DNA of 64,000 nt from Hyunsoonleella sp. 2307UL5-6 (GCF_047345485.1 NZ_JBLFEN010000005.1:14142-78141); one strand, 5' to 3'. Positions 25,516-36,000 are shown, numbered from the stretch's first letter. Notes: a model not told the origin generated them from the letters alone. Program-made: numbers and translations.

Positions 25516-28500
25516 TTATTTATCCAACCCCTTCTTCAAAACCTCTTTTATGCCTTCCAAATGCTCACTAAAAGTCATCATTTGGTTTAGTACTTGTACC
25601 ATGTCGTTTTGATTACCAAAACCTTTGAGTTTGTTGTTTTTTATAAATGTAGTTTTAATAGTTTCCCAACGTTTGCTTTCTGTCACATCTATTGTATTTG
25701 TAAGCTCCTTATATTTTAGTAAATTGGCTTCAGCTGCAGTGGTTAATGTTTGCGATTCGTTTTCATAATGTGATAATAAAAGTGTTTGCAACTCTTTATC
25801 ATTCATTATAGGTACTACTTTAGCAACTAGCTTATTCATATCTCTATAAGACCCTTGCAATTTAAATGACGGTTCTGTACGGTAGCTATCATCCATAGCT
25901 GCAGATGTAATATATGTAGCATTAACTTTCAAAACAGTATCTCTTATACTAACCACCTTATCTAACACATCTAAATAATCTTGAATTTCTTGTTTTGTAT
26001 GGTTTCCAGTTAAGTTTAAACTATCTCGACTACCCGTCTCTACAGCTGTTATCAATTGATAAATATCATCAAAATATTTACTACTTAATTGGTGTAAAAT
26101 AGGATTTGAAGTAAGTGCGTTTTCAATTAAACTTAGTTTGAATAAATCTACAGTATCGCCAATAACATCTCCTAAATTGTAAATATCTGCTCTATTGGCA
26201 AGCATATCTGGTATTTGAAATTTTTCACCACTTTCAGTATAAGGGTTTCCTGCCATAATAACACAAAACTTTTTACTTCGTAAATCGTATGTTTTTGGCT
26301 TGCCGTTATACACACCCTCTATTTTTCGTGTGCCATCTGCAAGGGATATAAATTTTTGCAAAAACTCAGGGTTGCAATGTTGTATATCGTCTAAATACAA
26401 CATCACATTGTTACCCATTTCAAAAGCTAAATTCAGTTTTTTGAGTTCTTCTCTTGCCGCTGCGTTATTTGCAGTTAATGGGTCTACAGAAGTAACCTCG
26501 TGCCCAATGGCTGGTCCATTTATTTTCATAAATACTAACCCTAAACGGTTTGCCATATATTCCATTAATGTTGTTTTACCATAACCAGGAGGCGATATTA
26601 ATAGTAACATCCCCATTCTATCGGTGCGCTTATTATCACCAACACTACCTAACTGTTTAGATAAATTATCGCCAAATAATGGTAAATACACTTGGTCTAT
26701 CAATTTATTTCTTACAAAAGAGGATAGTACTCTCGGTTTAAATTCCTCTAGTTTTAAACTGTCTTTTAAAGCCTCTGTAACCGAGTGTTTTGCATTACGA
26801 TATGCAAGATATGCAGGCACTTCAACGGTATAAAACACTTCTGACTGATGTATGAAATTATGATAGTTAAATTCAAAATTGCCGTTTTGAATGGTATCAT
26901 GACTCCCTTTTAAATTCGATATAACTAAAGAAGGATTTACTTGAATACTATTTGAGTTTGCCTCAGTTTTAAATAAAATAAGTGCAACAACTTCGTATAT
27001 ATATGCTCTGTGTTCTTTTAATTCTGATTTTACAAATGAACTTACCCATTGCGTTGTTAATTGTACAGCATCTATTGAGATTTTGTTATCACCAAGTGCT
27101 TTTTTTAATGAAGCTTTAAATGCAGTAATTACTTTTTTACTTTTTAATGTTTTTATAAAACTATCATAAACATCTTGAGCTGTTTTACTAACACAAAACG
27201 TATTGTCGCTTTGCAATTCATCAAATAAGTAATGCGCCGCTTGCACATCTAGCTTATCTGCTTCACCTTTATAATATTTAGCTATACTTGCTTTAAATAC
27301 CGTTGATTTTAATGCATTACATAACTGCTTAATAAGTACATTATGCGCCTTACTTTCTGGAAAAGCAGTTAGTACCTCTCCTGAAGCTTTTATCTTTTGA
27401 TTCCAATCTGCTTTAGTAGTACTATCTAGTGCATTCCAAAAAAACTGCGCGTAAGCTCTCACTATAGGTTCATATCGTAATAGACCTAAATCTTGATGCT
27501 TATCGCGTAATGCCGTAAGTATTTTAGCAGCATCTTCATCATGAACACCCTTAATATACCCTTCTGAATAGTTTTTACTGCTTTCTGCCTTAACAAGATC
27601 TAATAGTTTAGTATTACTGAGAGTATCTATGTTTAGCGATGTATCTATAAATAGTTTATAGGCTAAGTACGAGGAACGGTATACGGTATCGTTTTCTGAT
27701 ACTAATTCCTGATTCCAATACTTTTTAGATTGTGTTAACGTTTCGTTTACAATAGTTTGATAAAAATCGGTACCTGTAAGGTGGTATTTAAGCGTATTAT
27801 CTTTATAAACAATCGTTAAGTCCAAAGGTTGCTTATTTACGCCAAATTTATGCTTGCCAAGTTTTATAATATTTTCACCATCTTCATATAAATCCTGAGT
27901 ATCTTTTAGCTTTCTAACAGCATCTTCCTTGGCTACTTTTAGTCCAGTTTCAATAGCTTCGGCTTTTCCAGCATCGTCTAAATCTTTTAGATTATTTACG
28001 ATATCTCGAAGCTTAGTAATCATTAAGTCTGACGCAAAATAACCGTTAATCTCTACCGTAGTTTTAAACGATTGTGCTTTTTTAGATACGCCTTTTAAAA
28101 TACGTTTAGCAGCAGCTTCTAAGGTTACTGCCTTTCTGTTTCTTGCCTCAACAAGGCCGTTTTTTCTTGCTTCAAACGCATTATAAACTTCTTCTCTTTT
28201 TTCTATAATTTGAGCTATAAAGTCCTCAAAATCTGCAAATCTACCTTCTAAATCTTCTAACTGAACAGAAACTTTATTTAAAAGTTCGTCTGTTTTCTCT
28301 GGAGTAGTAGCAATATCTAAGTAATTAATAATACTTTGATCTACTAATTTAAGTTGTGCAGCAAATTCTGCAGTCGCCTCTTTTTCGCCTAAGGTGTTTA
28401 GTTTGTTTTTTAATCCTGCTTTTAACTGATTAATAGTGGCAAAAATCAGGGAAATATTATCAATGATTTTTGTGGAATGCGATGCATCTTCAATCTCTAG

Positions 28501-30420
28501 ATTAGATACAATATCGATTAGCATTTCTAAATCTGTAGCAATGTGATTAATCTCTTCTTCTAACTTTTTAGCCTCTATAACTTTTTTAATCTTATCAAGT
28601 TCCGTTTCTTTTTCCGAAACACGATTGTGGTAAGGTACAAGTGCTTTGTCGTTAATTAAAAATTGTACACAACGCTCGGAAATTTTATCGTTATAGACGA
28701 TAATATCATCCTCTAGTGCAGTGATAAAAGAAGTATCTATATAACGGACATCGTTTAAACCAATAACTTCGCCACGAAGCGTGCGCAATTGCGATAAAAC
28801 TGCTACAAAATCTTCAATAGATTTAAAGCTACTACTTTTTATTTTACCAAAAACATCATTTGCTTTGTTTTGGGTTTCTTTGGTAATATTAGCTGCTGTT
28901 TTACGCAGTTGTACCACTTTTTCAAACTCATCAATGGCAGCATTAGCAGCTTCATTTACCGCTGTTAAAGGTTCATTAATTAAAAAAGTATCCGGTTCGG
29001 TTATCCAATAATAACTGTTTAAAACATCAGTTGAGGCTTTGGCAATATCATCATACAACCCATCATAATTATCCTCTTTGTTAAGCAATGTAATAAGTGC
29101 TTGACACTCTGCCATTGCTTTAACAATATCTTTATTTCCTATTTTATAAAGTAGCGTATCTGTATGTTCAGAAGGTATAATATCTCCTTTTACAAAAGGG
29201 GTTTGCCATATTTGGATAACATGGTGTTTGGTTTGCTCGTCCTCGGTTTTAAAATAACAAAGTTCTCCATCGTTTAAAATAGTATACCCATTACAAACTA
29301 TAGGTGTTTTAACCTCTTGCTCTATAACGTTATAGGACATTAAAATGTAAAGCCCCTTTTCACTTTCATAAAATACGTACAGGTAATCCTCACCATTGGG
29401 TGAACTTACTTTCTTTTGAAACTTAACATTTGAAATTCCGCTATCGAATAGCTTAAAATCACCGGATTGTAAATAGTAACCATCAGCAAAAATAATTCCC
29501 TGATCGTCAGGTAATAGCACGCATGCATCAGCAATACTTGGTATCTTTTTTACCTCTTGTATTTTATGATTATATACAAAATACCTTGGAGGTTCTTGAA
29601 AAGGTTTGATTTCTAAAGCAATTAAATTACCTAGATCTGCATATTTGTATTGACCGTCGTCTAAAGTTTGGTCTATATGTTTTACAGGTTCATCGTAAAT
29701 ACCTTTACCATCATCTGTATTGTCTTCAATTTTAATGGTTAAATCCCCTCCAACAGTTTCTACAAATACTTTATCTAATATAGATATGTGTGGATGTGTG
29801 CCATATACATGATGATCTCTAGTAGGCTCTACCCAATTAAATTCGTATTGATTTGGAAATTTAAATTCATGTTCACTACGGTTGTCCACATATTCAAGCT
29901 TACCATCATTAATTAACCATTTAAATGTTTTAATATCAGTAATACTCTCACTTAATTGAAATACCATATGCAGATAATTACCAACTATAGCAAATTTTGA
30001 AAAAATGGTATTTCTGTAGTATTTGTAAAGATTTGTAAAATCCTGCTGAAAAACATCGTTTTCTATAAGCGTTAGAGGCTGAATTGTAAAATGGTTGTTA
30101 GCATAGGTATATACACTAAACACATCGGTAAGTGTAATACCAGTTCTAAGTCCGAAATGTACATTATACCCAAATAAACAAACGTCGCCTATGGTTACAA
30201 TATCTCTAGCAATACAGTTATGCTCTGTATTAATACGATTATTCGCTATAAGTTTAGTTTCAACATTACCAAATACCGTTTTACGGGCATCGTTTAATTG
30301 AGATAATCTGGAAAGAAGCTCGCTTTTTTGCTTTTGTAAACGCCCTTGAATAATTTCATAGGTGCCACCGTCTAGTTGTATATTATTTTCTGAGTTGGGT
30401 TGTTCCATAGTTTTATGCAA
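25516..30420 (-). CDS. giant (1634 aa) coiled-coil protein with a single C-terminal MoxR/AAA_5-type AAA+ ATPase module
   Basis: Walker A LLLISPPGYGKTTLMEY, Walker B VMLYLDDIQHCNPEF and sensor MAGNPYT lie around residues 1240-1400. About 1200 aa of predicted beta-rich and coiled-coil N-terminal sequence. Last gene of the flotillin operon. Confidence 0.8.
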   Translation of the reverse strand: MHKTMEQPNSENNIQLDGGTYEIIQGRLQKQKSELLSRLSQLNDARKTVFGNVETKLIANNRINTEHNCIARDIVTIGDVCLFGYNVHFGLRTGITLTDVFSVYTYANNHFTIQPLTLIENDVFQQDFTNLYKYYRNTIFSKFAIVGNYLHMVFQLSESITDIKTFKWLINDGKLEYVDNRSEHEFKFPNQYEFNWVEPTRDHHVYGTHPHISILDKVFVETVGGDLTIKIEDNTDDGKGIYDEPVKHIDQTLDDGQYKYADLGNLIALEIKPFQEPPRYFVYNHKIQEVKKIPSIADACVLLPDDQGIIFADGYYLQSGDFKLFDSGISNVKFQKKVSSPNGEDYLYVFYESEKGLYILMSYNVIEQEVKTPIVCNGYTILNDGELCYFKTEDEQTKHHVIQIWQTPFVKGDIIPSEHTDTLLYKIGNKDIVKAMAECQALITLLNKEDNYDGLYDDIAKASTDVLNSYYWITEPDTFLINEPLTAVNEAANAAIDEFEKVVQLRKTAANITKETQNKANDVFGKIKSSSFKSIEDFVAVLSQLRTLRGEVIGLNDVRYIDTSFITALEDDIIVYNDKISERCVQFLINDKALVPYHNRVSEKETELDKIKKVIEAKKLEEEINHIATDLEMLIDIVSNLEIEDASHSTKIIDNISLIFATINQLKAGLKNKLNTLGEKEATAEFAAQLKLVDQSIINYLDIATTPEKTDELLNKVSVQLEDLEGRFADFEDFIAQIIEKREEVYNAFEARKNGLVEARNRKAVTLEAAAKRILKGVSKKAQSFKTTVEINGYFASDLMITKLRDIVNNLKDLDDAGKAEAIETGLKVAKEDAVRKLKDTQDLYEDGENIIKLGKHKFGVNKQPLDLTIVYKDNTLKYHLTGTDFYQTIVNETLTQSKKYWNQELVSENDTVYRSSYLAYKLFIDTSLNIDTLSNTKLLDLVKAESSKNYSEGYIKGVHDEDAAKILTALRDKHQDLGLLRYEPIVRAYAQFFWNALDSTTKADWNQKIKASGEVLTAFPESKAHNVLIKQLCNALKSTVFKASIAKYYKGEADKLDVQAAHYLFDELQSDNTFCVSKTAQDVYDSFIKTLKSKKVITAFKASLKKALGDNKISIDAVQLTTQWVSSFVKSELKEHRAYIYEVVALILFKTEANSNSIQVNPSLVISNLKGSHDTIQNGNFEFNYHNFIHQSEVFYTVEVPAYLAYRNAKHSVTEALKDSLKLEEFKPRVLSSFVRNKLIDQVYLPLFGDNLSKQLGSVGDNKRTDRMGMLLLISPPGYGKTTLMEYMANRLGLVFMKINGPAIGHEVTSVDPLTANNAAAREELKKLNLAFEMGNNVMLYLDDIQHCNPEFLQKFISLADGTRKIEGVYNGKPKTYDLRSKKFCVIMAGNPYTESGEKFQIPDMLANRADIYNLGDVIGDTVDLFKLSLIENALTSNPILHQLSSKYFDDIYQLITAVETGSRDSLNLTGNHTKQEIQDYLDVLDKVVSIRDTVLKVNATYITSAAMDDSYRTEPSFKLQGSYRDMNKLVAKVVPIMNDKELQTLLLSHYENESQTLTTAAEANLLKYKELTNTIDVTESKRWETIKTTFIKNNKLKGFGNQNDMVQVLNQMMTFSEHLEGIKEVLKKGLDK

Positions 30421-30632
30421 TTATGGCTCTAATTATATTAAATAAATTTTCAATCTTTTTTTATCTCTTCATAATAGTAGAACTATAGCTTATTTGTTGG
30501 TTTTAAACAATTTATCAAAAGACGTTTTATTTAAGTCAAAAAACCTTTTTCAATTTTCAATATCAGGGATTACTTCAATAATAGTAGAATTGTATGTGAT
30601 ATTAGAAAAAAAACCTTTTGTTAAACGATATT

Positions 30633-30929
30633 TTATAGAATCACCTTTATGGGCAATTGTGTAATTATCGTGGTTACTTCTAATAATAATTTCGTTGTTA
30701 ATCTTATCCTGATAAAGAATAAATATCCGTTAGGATCATACTTAGGTGAATTTACTACATTATGCCCTCTTCTGCTATTATTACTTGCTACGGTAAAAAC
30801 GACTTTATTTACATAATCTTTTTTTATTAAAACTCCACTTATATATTCATCTTGAGACAACTTATTATCTACAAAATATATTAGTGTTAGAGATAATATT
30901 ATTATTAAAATAATTTTTACTTTTGTCAC
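30633..30929 (-). CDS. small signal-anchored protein; possible frameshift near 30720
   Basis: 98-aa ORF. An alternative frame from about 30725 down to 30605 reads ...FILYQDKINNEIIIRSNHDNYTIAHKGDSIKYRLTKGFFF, which looks more protein-like than the annotated C-terminus. Confidence 0.4.
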   Translation of the reverse strand: MTKVKIILIIILSLTLIYFVDNKLSQDEYISGVLIKKDYVNKVVFTVASNNSRRGHNVVNSPKYDPNGYLFFIRIRLTTKLLLEVTTIITQLPIKVIL

Positions 30930-30967
30930 TAAACGTCTAAGATTTCAAATATTTATTTCTAATTTAA

Positions 30968-33034
30968 CTATCCTAACTTTTTATTAGATAAACCTAAACC
31001 TTTAGCCAAATTTGATAGGTTTTCAAATAAGCTAGCTTCACTAGAATCTGTTGTTTTAGATTTTAAATCTATTAACAAATTAGCAATGGTTAGGTTTTTA
31101 ATATCTTCAGAAGAAATGCCGTATTTAGTAGCAAACTCTTTAACTTTTTCTAAAAGATTACCCTTTACATCATCACTTCCTAAAATAGCATCTTTAACCT
31201 CAGTAATATTATCAGAATGATTAATTAATCTATCTACACCTTTAGACTTTGTAATTTGACCGACAATTTGATCGAAGAACATAGTTTCTCCACCAACAAT
31301 ATCAATATTAGCAGCTTTTAAAGCTTCACCAATTACATTAGCTTGTGCATCTGCAATTTCTTTCTGTATATTAATTTCAGCTAAATCAACTTGAAGTTCT
31401 TTATCTAAGCGTAGTTTAAACTCTTCGTGTTCTTTACCAACACCGTCCAGTTTTTTCATAGCTTCGGCTTTTTCTTCAATACCAACAGCTTCTGCTAAAG
31501 CTTTTTCTTTAATCACTTCTGCCGCTGCAATACCCTCTTCTTTAACAGCACCTGCTTTTGCTAAAATACCAGCTGCTTCTGCTTTTGCTTTTTCTTCAAT
31601 AATATTAGCTTCAACCAAACCTTGGCGTTCATTAGCATCAGCTTTTGCATGCATTACTTGCGCTTCAGACATTCCTATGGTTGCCTCTTCTTTAGCTTTT
31701 GCTTCCGCTAGGGTTTTTCTTGCTTCTGCTTCTTTTTGGCTAGCTTGTTTCTTAGCTTCTGCTTCAATATTTATTTCTTCTGCTTTTTGTTTAGATGCTT
31801 CTTTTTCCGCCTCTGCAGCTTTAATGGTTTTAATTAAACTTTCTTGCGCGTTAGCTTCAGCTATAGTTATTTTTACTTGCTTTTCTCTATCAGCAGTTTT
31901 AAAAGCCTCAATATCTTTCATGTTTTCCTGCTCCTCAACCACACCTTTTTCTAGCATTACACGATCGCGGATAACATCTTGAATGTTTTTCTTTTCAACC
32001 TCAACAACTTTCTCTTTTTCAATTTGAGCAAGTGTAACAATGCGTTCTCTTTCGGTAGCCTCCAACATTCTGTCTTTTTCAACACGCTCTGTCTCAACAG
32101 CATCTGTACGTTGCTTATTTTTGGCTGCCACTATAATTTGGCGTTCCATGTTTTCTTCGGCTACTTTTACCTTTTCCTGTGTAGAAATTCTAGCACTTTC
32201 AGATTTTAAACGTTCCTCTTCTGCCACTTTTAGGGTTTCTGCTTCCTCACGTGCTTTTATATTTGCAATTTCACGCTTTTGTTGCTCTTCTTTTTCAGCG
32301 AGTTGTTTATCTAGCTCTAAAATTGCTTCTCGCGCCTCTACATCTTGCTTGCGTATTACTTTTTCTTCGTCACGCTTAATAAGGTTAGCTTTCATATTTT
32401 GTGCAGCTGTAAGCTCTGTAATTTTTTTGATACCCTCGGCATCCAAAATATTATCAGATTTTAAAAACTGTACTGAGGTTTGCTCTAAATAATCTATGGC
32501 ACAATCTTCTAAAGTATAGCCATTAAGGTCAGTACCTATAATGTCTACAATTTCATCACGAAACTCTCTACGTGCTTCATATAATTCTACAAAGTTGAAT
32601 TTTTTACCTACAGTTTTTAAAGCTTCTGAAAACTTAGCCTCAAAAAGCTCCTCTAATGTTGAAATATCAGAAGCTCTCTCACAACCCACAGTTTGTGCTA
32701 CTTTTTTAATAAAATCTACTTCATTATTAACTCTTACAAAAAAGGCTACTTTAATATCAGCTCTCATATTATCTTTACACAACAAACCATTATCTGCAAT
32801 ACGTTCTATTTGAATTTTCTTTACTGAAATATCCATTATTTCAACTCTATGAAATACGGGAACGACGTACAAACCTTTGTCTGTAGCAACCTTAGTGCCT
32901 TTAAAACCTGTTCTAACTAAAGCTTCCCCTTGTGGTACTTTTTTGTAAAACAGTGCAATAATTGCAAAATAAACGATAATTAAGAATAGAATAAGCCCGA
33001 TACCTATTCCGATAAACTGTGAAATGTTTTCCAT
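30968..33034 (-). CDS. flotillin-family SPFH protein (YqiK-like)
   Basis: N-terminal TM + SPFH/Band-7 domain (VRTGFKGTKV...VPVFHRVEIMDIS...RADIKVAFFVRV) closely parallels E. coli YqiK. Long EA/KA-rich coiled coil. 688 aa. Confidence 0.88.
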   Translation of the reverse strand: MENISQFIGIGIGLILFLIIVYFAIIALFYKKVPQGEALVRTGFKGTKVATDKGLYVVPVFHRVEIMDISVKKIQIERIADNGLLCKDNMRADIKVAFFVRVNNEVDFIKKVAQTVGCERASDISTLEELFEAKFSEALKTVGKKFNFVELYEARREFRDEIVDIIGTDLNGYTLEDCAIDYLEQTSVQFLKSDNILDAEGIKKITELTAAQNMKANLIKRDEEKVIRKQDVEAREAILELDKQLAEKEEQQKREIANIKAREEAETLKVAEEERLKSESARISTQEKVKVAEENMERQIIVAAKNKQRTDAVETERVEKDRMLEATERERIVTLAQIEKEKVVEVEKKNIQDVIRDRVMLEKGVVEEQENMKDIEAFKTADREKQVKITIAEANAQESLIKTIKAAEAEKEASKQKAEEINIEAEAKKQASQKEAEARKTLAEAKAKEEATIGMSEAQVMHAKADANERQGLVEANIIEEKAKAEAAGILAKAGAVKEEGIAAAEVIKEKALAEAVGIEEKAEAMKKLDGVGKEHEEFKLRLDKELQVDLAEINIQKEIADAQANVIGEALKAANIDIVGGETMFFDQIVGQITKSKGVDRLINHSDNITEVKDAILGSDDVKGNLLEKVKEFATKYGISSEDIKNLTIANLLIDLKSKTTDSSEASLFENLSNLAKGLGLSNKKLG

Positions 33035-33065
33035 TGTTAATTTGGTTTTGGTTTTAGATTAAATT

Positions 33066-33806
33066 TTAAAATTCGACGTTATTCATATTAAATGCATCTT
33101 CCTCCACATCTTCATAAGGGAGTACCCAATAAAAATTTCCGTCGTCAGATTTTTTAATAACTAGTATATGTTGTTTGTAATTTATAAGCTGACCATCAAA
33201 TGATTTTGCATAAATAGACATGGGATTACCATTTGCGACTACCTCTGCAGACCCCATTTTTTGTTCTGAAATTTTTGAAAGCATTATGCCTTCCATACCC
33301 GCTAAATCTGTTGGCAAATCCCCATCTGGATTCAAGTTTTTAAAAAATCCTTTAAATGGTGTTGTAAAAATTTTAGTTAAAATTAAAGACGGCAGAATAC
33401 CTGCTAAAAGTAATGTGTAACCAAAATTAGTATTATAAGACATTGTGATACTTGTTGAAATAACGGTACACAACCACCAAATAAAAATCCAACAGGTAAA
33501 CGTGAACATAAATGGTAAGCCCACAAAATTAAAATAGATGAGCACCATTTGCCACCATTCTAATTTTTTGTTGGGGTTTTTAACTACATCTTCTTTATTA
33601 ATTTCAGCATTTGCAAGGTCTGGTAAGTTGGTACTGCTGTCTATTGTGGCGTTTACATCCACATCGGCATCAATATCTACATCTATATCCAAATCAAAAT
33701 CAATACCAGATATCATATTAAATATCCAATATAGAATTAGTAAAATAACTAAAAGACTAAGTATAATATTTACAGACGAAAATGCAATGTCAATAACTGA
33801 ATTCAA
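33066..33806 (-). CDS. YqiJ/NfeD-like membrane protein with C-terminal OB-fold
   Basis: TM helices, acidic DxDxD repeat segment and a C-terminal beta domain. Immediately upstream of flotillin, as in yqiJ-yqiK. Confidence 0.7.
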   Translation of the reverse strand: MNSVIDIAFSSVNIILSLLVILLILYWIFNMISGIDFDLDIDVDIDADVDVNATIDSSTNLPDLANAEINKEDVVKNPNKKLEWWQMVLIYFNFVGLPFMFTFTCWIFIWWLCTVISTSITMSYNTNFGYTLLLAGILPSLILTKIFTTPFKGFFKNLNPDGDLPTDLAGMEGIMLSKISEQKMGSAEVVANGNPMSIYAKSFDGQLINYKQHILVIKKSDDGNFYWVLPYEDVEEDAFNMNNVEF

Positions 33807-34118
33807 TAACTATGTGTTTTAGATTTTGAGTTTTGTAATAAGGAAATAATCATAAACAATAATAAGGAATTTTGCTCTAATTCTCATCAGTGTTTTCTGA
33901 TTTGATTTTAGTAAATTAAACTCACCAAAATACATTTATATGTATAGTATTAGATTAAAATGTTACAAGTATTTGGAACAAATTATAATACAATATAATA
34001 ATACTACATATCGCACTTTGTGTTATATAATTGAAAAGCAATTGATTACTGTTTTTTCTGGCATATATTTTGTGGTTTTTAAAAACAGCTAAACGTTAAT
34101 TCTTAAAACTAAATAACT

Positions 34119-35504
34119 ATGAAAGTTTTTCAATTTATATCAATATACATTTTATATTTTACTGCTAGTTTCTCTTTTAGTCAAGAACATATAAGTTCGT
34201 GTAATACTAAGTTATCTATTTTTCATGAGTTGGTAAAATCAAAAAATTATGATGCAGCCTACGAATCTTGGTATTATGTAACAAAAAATTGCCCTAAATT
34301 AAGTATTGCAGTTTATAGTGATGGCGAAAAAATACTAAAGCATAAAATAAAAACATCTAAAGATTCTGAACAGAAAGAGTTTATAAATACATTGCTAAAC
34401 TTATGGCAAAAACGCATTGAATATTTTCCTAGCAAAACACCAAGAGGATTATATGGATCCAAAGGTTGTCAATTAATGTTTGATCAAAAAAAGCTACTTC
34501 AAAAAAAGAATACTGAATTATTTAAATGTTTTAATACAGCCTATAAAACTGATAATGATACATTTACTAATCCTAAAAGTTTATACACTTATTTTTCGTT
34601 AACTGTAGATTTATATAATGATGGAAAAAAAACAATAAAAAAGGTATTTACTAATTATGATATTATTGTTGAAAAAATAGAAGAAGAAGTAAAAAATTAT
34701 TCTGAAAAGTTAAATACTTTAAGTACTAGAGAAGATTCTGGTATTGTATTATCTAAAAAAGAATTAAAACTTAAAAGTGTATATCAAAACTACTTAAAAA
34801 ACTACACGCTTATTTCTAAAAATATTGATGCTAAACTAGGTGTAATTGCAGATTGTAAAAATTTAATTCCACTATACCATAAGGAGTTTGATAACTATAA
34901 AGAAGATGCTGTTTGGTTAAAGCGTGCTGTAAATAGAATGTATCAAAAAAAGTGTACAGAAGCACCGTTATACGAAAAACTTGTAAAAGCTTACGACGCA
35001 GTGGCACCCTCAGCAGATACCAAATATTTTGTAGCCACCATATTAATAAAAAAAGAAAAACTTAAAGAAGCAGAAAAATATTTAAAAGCATCATATGATT
35101 TAGAAACGGACAGCTTTAAAAAATCTAAAAGAGCTTACAGTATTGGTTTAATACTTAAAACATTAAACAACTACTCTAAGGCACGCCAATATTTTAAAAA
35201 ATCGTTACAACATAATCCTTCAAACGGTAAACCACATATAGCTATAGCATCTATGTATGCAGCTAGTGCTAAAAATTGTGGCGAGAGTAATTTTAATAAA
35301 AGAGCAGTATATTGGTTAGCTGCTAAAGAAGCAAGAAAAGCGTTAAAAATTAATCCGTCTATAAAAGAAGAAGTGAGTAAATATGTATCTAGATATATGG
35401 CTTTAGCACCATCAAAACAAGATATTTTTAAATGTGCGTGTTCTGGTAAAATTATCACTATAGGTTGCTGGATTAACGACAAAATTACAGTTCCCAAACT
35501 GTAA
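34119..35504 (+). CDS. secreted hypothetical protein, 461 aa
   Basis: N-terminal signal peptide. Lys-rich helical repeats. The C-terminal 35 codons share a nucleotide module with 24618-24700. Confidence 0.55.
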   Translation: MKVFQFISIYILYFTASFSFSQEHISSCNTKLSIFHELVKSKNYDAAYESWYYVTKNCPKLSIAVYSDGEKILKHKIKTSKDSEQKEFINTLLNLWQKRIEYFPSKTPRGLYGSKGCQLMFDQKKLLQKKNTELFKCFNTAYKTDNDTFTNPKSLYTYFSLTVDLYNDGKKTIKKVFTNYDIIVEKIEEEVKNYSEKLNTLSTREDSGIVLSKKELKLKSVYQNYLKNYTLISKNIDAKLGVIADCKNLIPLYHKEFDNYKEDAVWLKRAVNRMYQKKCTEAPLYEKLVKAYDAVAPSADTKYFVATILIKKEKLKEAEKYLKASYDLETDSFKKSKRAYSIGLILKTLNNYSKARQYFKKSLQHNPSNGKPHIAIASMYAASAKNCGESNFNKRAVYWLAAKEARKALKINPSIKEEVSKYVSRYMALAPSKQDIFKCACSGKIITIGCWINDKITVPKL

Positions 35505-35786
35505 CTACTATATTTTACTGTTTAGTAGTTATTAACTTAACATTTGTTAATAACTAACAAAAGGCTACACACAAATCTTTAAATGTTTTATATATTTGTA
35601 AATATAATATGTATTTTTAAGGGATTAATTTTAGTACATTACTATACTTTTTGAACTCTCATGACGTTAAAAAGTAAAGGATTTATAAAACAAATATGCA
35701 TTTTGTCGATGTTTTATGTCGCTTTATAGATGTTTTTTCTGTTAATTCTTTTGCTAACTCCCTTTTTTTTATACATTTGCGTCCCA

Positions 35787-35984
35787 ATGATGATACAAAA
35801 TAAAAGAACATTAGCCTCAATCTTATTCATATTAATAAGTTTTGTGTGTATTGCCCAAGGTGGTGGAAATATACCTCCGCCTCCACAACCTCCGCCTCCA
35901 GTAGGTTTACCCATAGATGGTGGTATTTTTATTGGCCTTTTAGTTGCAGTATTTTATGGTGGAAAAAAATTGATGAAAAAATAA
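35787..35984 (+). CDS. tiny secreted pre-peptide: signal peptide + GGGN-IPPPPQPPPPVG + C-terminal sorting signal (LPIDGG, TM helix, KKLMKK)
   Basis: MMIQNKRTLASILFILISFVCIAQG is a classic signal peptide. The C-terminus has the tripartite motif-TM-basic architecture of PEP-CTERM-like sorting signals. The in-frame ORF may start at 35730. Confidence 0.5.
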   Translation: MMIQNKRTLASILFILISFVCIAQGGGNIPPPPQPPPPVGLPIDGGIFIGLLVAVFYGGKKLMKK

Positions 35985-36000
35985 ATCCTTTATAGAGTTT

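Noticed and set aside
31677-32813. Four Ser/Ala-rich ORFs (76-150 aa) on the + strand inside the flotillin gene.
   Set aside because: They are antisense to the GAA/GCT-rich coiled-coil coding region of flotillin. They are low-complexity, overlapping and have no independent support.
35714-35914. A 66-aa Gly/Pro-rich ORF on the minus strand (MGKPTGGGGCGGGG...).
   Set aside because: It is antisense to the CCN/GGN-rich polyproline segment of the + strand pre-peptide. The + strand product has a proper signal peptide and a C-terminal sorting signal.
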